Below, in pieces: positions 61,009 through 64,000 of a DNA stretch of 64,000 bases. The DNA lies in contig NC_086097.1 in assembly GCF_963921235.1 (NCBI RefSeq), positions 79,052,001 to 79,116,000 of the forward strand, written 5' to 3'. The position numbers and the translations under genes were made by a program. Position 1 is the first letter of the stretch. Each line of letters begins with the position of its first letter. The notes under the pieces are model-generated. The model was given only the letters and a program-made list of their open reading frames with translations. It made no database searches and was not told the DNA's origin. The DNA comes from Mobula hypostoma (Eukaryota).

Positions 61009-64000
61009 TGTCACGTACACACAACCCTGTAAAAGTATTAGCAACAATAGAACACACCTGGAGTCTGGTTTTGCTGTTAACAAAACACTATTTTAATAGT
61101 TACTATGTCACATAGTAACTTAAACCAGGTAAATCAAGAGTTAACGGTGTTATGCAGATATAGTTGAATATATATAAATCCCCAAACTTCTTCAAGCTTA
61201 GGTGGCAAGCGTTACAGTCTCACGATGGTGTGGTTAAAAAGTTCAGTTCAATCCTCAGGTTAATTAATGCGAGATATTTGTAATCCAAAGGCAAATATTG
61301 TGAGAAGGCAATTACGTCAATATTCCACAGATTCCACGACAGCAATACAAAATAACAATAGCAGTAGGTTTTATCTCCAGAGTTGTTCCACTCCACACAC
61401 GAATATCACCAACAGTGATCTTCAATGAATATCCTTTCAACACAAGTGGTACCAGACCCGAATTCAGCTACGGGACATCCCAAAGTGGTGGCCACAGGAT
61501 ACTCAAATCGAATCCACATATGGATTACCACCAATAGTAGCTTATCACAAAGGGGACCATCTTCAAGGGAACCACCACCCAGGCAAGCATAGACACACCG
61601 GTAGATTCCACACGGTTACCCCAAACACACAACGTGATAGCCACTTACCCAGTTCCATGATTACGAAAATACCTCCAACAGTGATTTGCCACAGGAGTGC
61701 CTTCTTCTGTGAACTACCACACCCAGACAATGGGCAAACACACACGTGTATTCACAAAGGTTTTCCCCTCACCAGAGAACCCATTCCTGTGGTTTAACTA
61801 CGTGACAATCACACTTTCGTATTTGAATGGAATCAAACTCACCCTTACAGGCTACTTGGAGAAAGTCCAAACAGTGACCTCTTTGTCACTAGGTTTCTTC
61901 TGTTTCAAACCTTTCTCTCCCCTCTTCTCTGCCAACTTCTTCCAGTTGCAGCACTTGTGACAGTCAATTATCAATACTCTGGATCGCTCTCAAATGACTG
62001 AATTCCTTTCCAACCAAATCTGACATACAAGTTTTAACTGAGTTTCAACACCATGTACAACATCCTGCAGATTTACAGATGCTTCAACAACATGAACACA
62101 GGCAATTGGGCCTGCTTCCTCTTCCTCGCTTTCATCACTAGTCCCAGTTTCAAATTCCAATTTACCCTGATCATCCCAGCTACTCTCTTGGAAGCTCTCA
62201 TTCAGGATAAATTTAACCTTGTAGGTTAAATCATACTCATCTGCCAGTCTAGCAGACTCCTGCAAAGTAGTAGCATCCTTTTCATCTAGGTACATCCTTA
62301 CTTCATCAGGGACACAACTTTTAATTTCTTCAATCAAAATCAACTCCTTTAAGATGTTAATATCCTCATTCGCCCCTTTTGAGGTACACCAACGATTGAA
62401 GTACTCATGTTTCTCATAGGCAAACTCCACATATGTTTGGTTCCCAGACTTCCTCAAATCTCTAAACTTTTGTCTGTACGCCTCCGGAACTAACTCGTAA
62501 ATCTTAAGCACAGCTTCTTTCATTGTGTTATAATCAGCTGCCTCTTCAAGTGTCAGAGCAGAATACACTTGCTGGGCTTTCCCTTTAATTACACATTGTA
62601 ACAAAACAGCCCACTGGTCCCTCGGCCACTGCCGATTCTGGGCCACTTTTTCAAAATGCAGGAAGTACTTATCAACTTCTGCTTCATCAAATGGAGGTAC
62701 CAACTTAATTTCTCGACTGACACTAAACCTATCACCAAGGTCTGGCACTTGACCTCTTTGCTGCCATCTCTCCCCCTCGAACTCTGTCTGTTTTTCTGCC
62801 TCTCTAGCATCATACTGCCTCTTCCTTTCTGCTTTGTCAACCTCAAGCTGTTTTAGTTGCAACTCATGCTGTCTTCGCCTATCCTCAGCCTCCATCTTGA
62901 ATTTTTTTAGCTGAAGCTCAGCCTCAGTAGGTTTACCTTCAGCAAGCATTTCCAACACATCTTCATTAAACTCTCCCTTGGTTATAAAATGCTGTGCTAT
63001 TAACATCTGCATCTGTGCCTTCCTCATTTTAATGTTCGCCTTAAGCTTTAACTTTTGAGCAATTTCCCACAGCACAACCCTCTTAGCATCATCCAATACT
63101 TCAGAGGTTAGTTCTGCCAGAAACCTACAAACCTCAACCTCCATTGCTGCTGATTTCCCACTCAAGCAAATCAAAAGGGATTTTCCCAAATCAGATCGAC
63201 CATTAATCAATCAATTAAGCCCCCAAACAATTTTAAAATGGCTCCAAACAACTTGTTCATACCCCAGACGAGCTCCCAATTAAATGTTATACACGCAACC
63301 CTGTAGAAGTATCAGCAGCAATAGAACACACCTGGAGTCTGGTTCTGCTGTTAACAAAACACTATTTTAATAGTAACTATGTCATGTAGTAACTTAAACC
63401 AGGTAAATCAAGAGTTAATGGTGTTATGCAGATGTAGTTGAATATATATAAATCCCCAAACTTCTTCAAGCTTAGGTGGTAAGTGATACAGTCTCACGAT
63501 GGTGTGGTAAGAAAGTTCAGTTCAATCCTCAGGTTAATTAATGCGAGATATTTGTAATCCAAAGGCAAATATTGTGAGAAGGCAATTACGTCAATATTCC
63601 ACAGATTCCACGACAGCAATACAAAGTAACAATAGCAGTAGGTTTTATCTCCAGAGTTGTTCCACTCCACACATGAAGTATCACCAACAGTGATCTGCAA
63701 TAAATATCCTTTCAACACAAGTGGTACCACACCCGAATTCAGCTACGGGACATCCCAAAGTGGTGACCACAGGATACTCAAATCGAATCCACGTATGGAT
63801 TATCACCAACAGTAGCTTATCACAAAGGGGACCATCTTCAAGGGAACCACCACCCAGGCAAGGGTTGACACACCGGTAGGTTCCACACAGTTACTCCAAA
63901 CACACAACGTGACAGCCACTTATCCAGTTCCACGACATATGAAAATCAACAGTGATTTGCCACAGGGATGGCTCCTTCAGTGAACTACCAATGGGCAAAC
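61009..64000 (-). mobile_element. Gmr1-like Gypsy LTR element without pol (3' LTR from 61009 to about 61990; 5' LTR from 63285 past the window edge)
   Basis: Direct repeats 61009-61740 and 63285-64000; PBS TGGGAGCTCGTCTGGGGT at 63278-63261, 15/18 match to the tRNA-Pro PBS TGGGGGCTCGTCCGGGAT. Confidence 0.88.
61990..63144 (-). CDS. Open 384-aa Gag-like ORF (coiled coil plus SCAN/capsid domain, no CCHC knuckle)
   Basis: LVPPFDEAEVDKYFLHFEKVA…WP…GKAQ.VY…YELVPEAYRQKFR…LILIEE is typical of Gmr1-like/SCAN Gag; ATG at 63144 follows the PBS. Confidence 0.75.
   Translation of the reverse strand: MEVEVCRFLAELTSEVLDDAKRVVLWEIAQKLKLKANIKMRKAQMQMLIAQHFITKGEFNEDVLEMLAEGKPTEAELQLKKFKMEAEDRRRQHELQLKQLEVDKAERKRQYDAREAEKQTEFEGERWQQRGQVPDLGDRFSVSREIKLVPPFDEAEVDKYFLHFEKVAQNRQWPRDQWAVLLQCVIKGKAQQVYSALTLEEAADYNTMKEAVLKIYELVPEAYRQKFRDLRKSGNQTYVEFAYEKHEYFNRWCTSKGANEDINILKELILIEEIKSCVPDEVRMYLDEKDATTLQESARLADEYDLTYKVKFILNESFQESSWDDQGKLEFETGTSDESEEEEAGPIACVHVVEASVNLQDVVHGVETQLKLVCQIWLERNSVI

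Noticed and set aside
1..64000. CRISPR arrays, rRNA, tRNA genes or prokaryotic operons
   Set aside because: None seen; tRNA-like sequence is limited to SINE heads and a PBS.

Overview
Vertebrate nuclear DNA from a cartilaginous fish, probably a batoid. This is inferred from the repeat content (HER1-like CR1 LINEs, V-SINEs, Deu-SINE relics, Penelope-like elements) and the divergence of the gene. The left 27.5 kb holds the 5' part of ZFYVE26 (spastizin/SPG15) on the minus strand: 11 coding exons with GT-AG boundaries and consistent phases (2437 nt, about 812 codons), continuing off the left edge, with a CpG-rich promoter at about 27.1-27.7 kb. The right 36 kb has no host exon I can recognise and is mostly transposable elements. 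These are CR1 and Rex1/L2-type LINEs, a full-length decayed L1 with an 18-bp TSD and nested insertions, pogo/Tigger, Tc1 and hAT elements, Penelope-like elements with minimal hammerhead ribozyme motifs, a 4-kb fold-back of two inverted Tf1/sushi-type Gypsy halves with a self-priming PBS, and a Gmr1-like LTR element retaining only an open SCAN/capsid Gag ORF without a zinc knuckle. I see no prokaryotic-type system. All family calls are from recognition of motifs, not from database searches.
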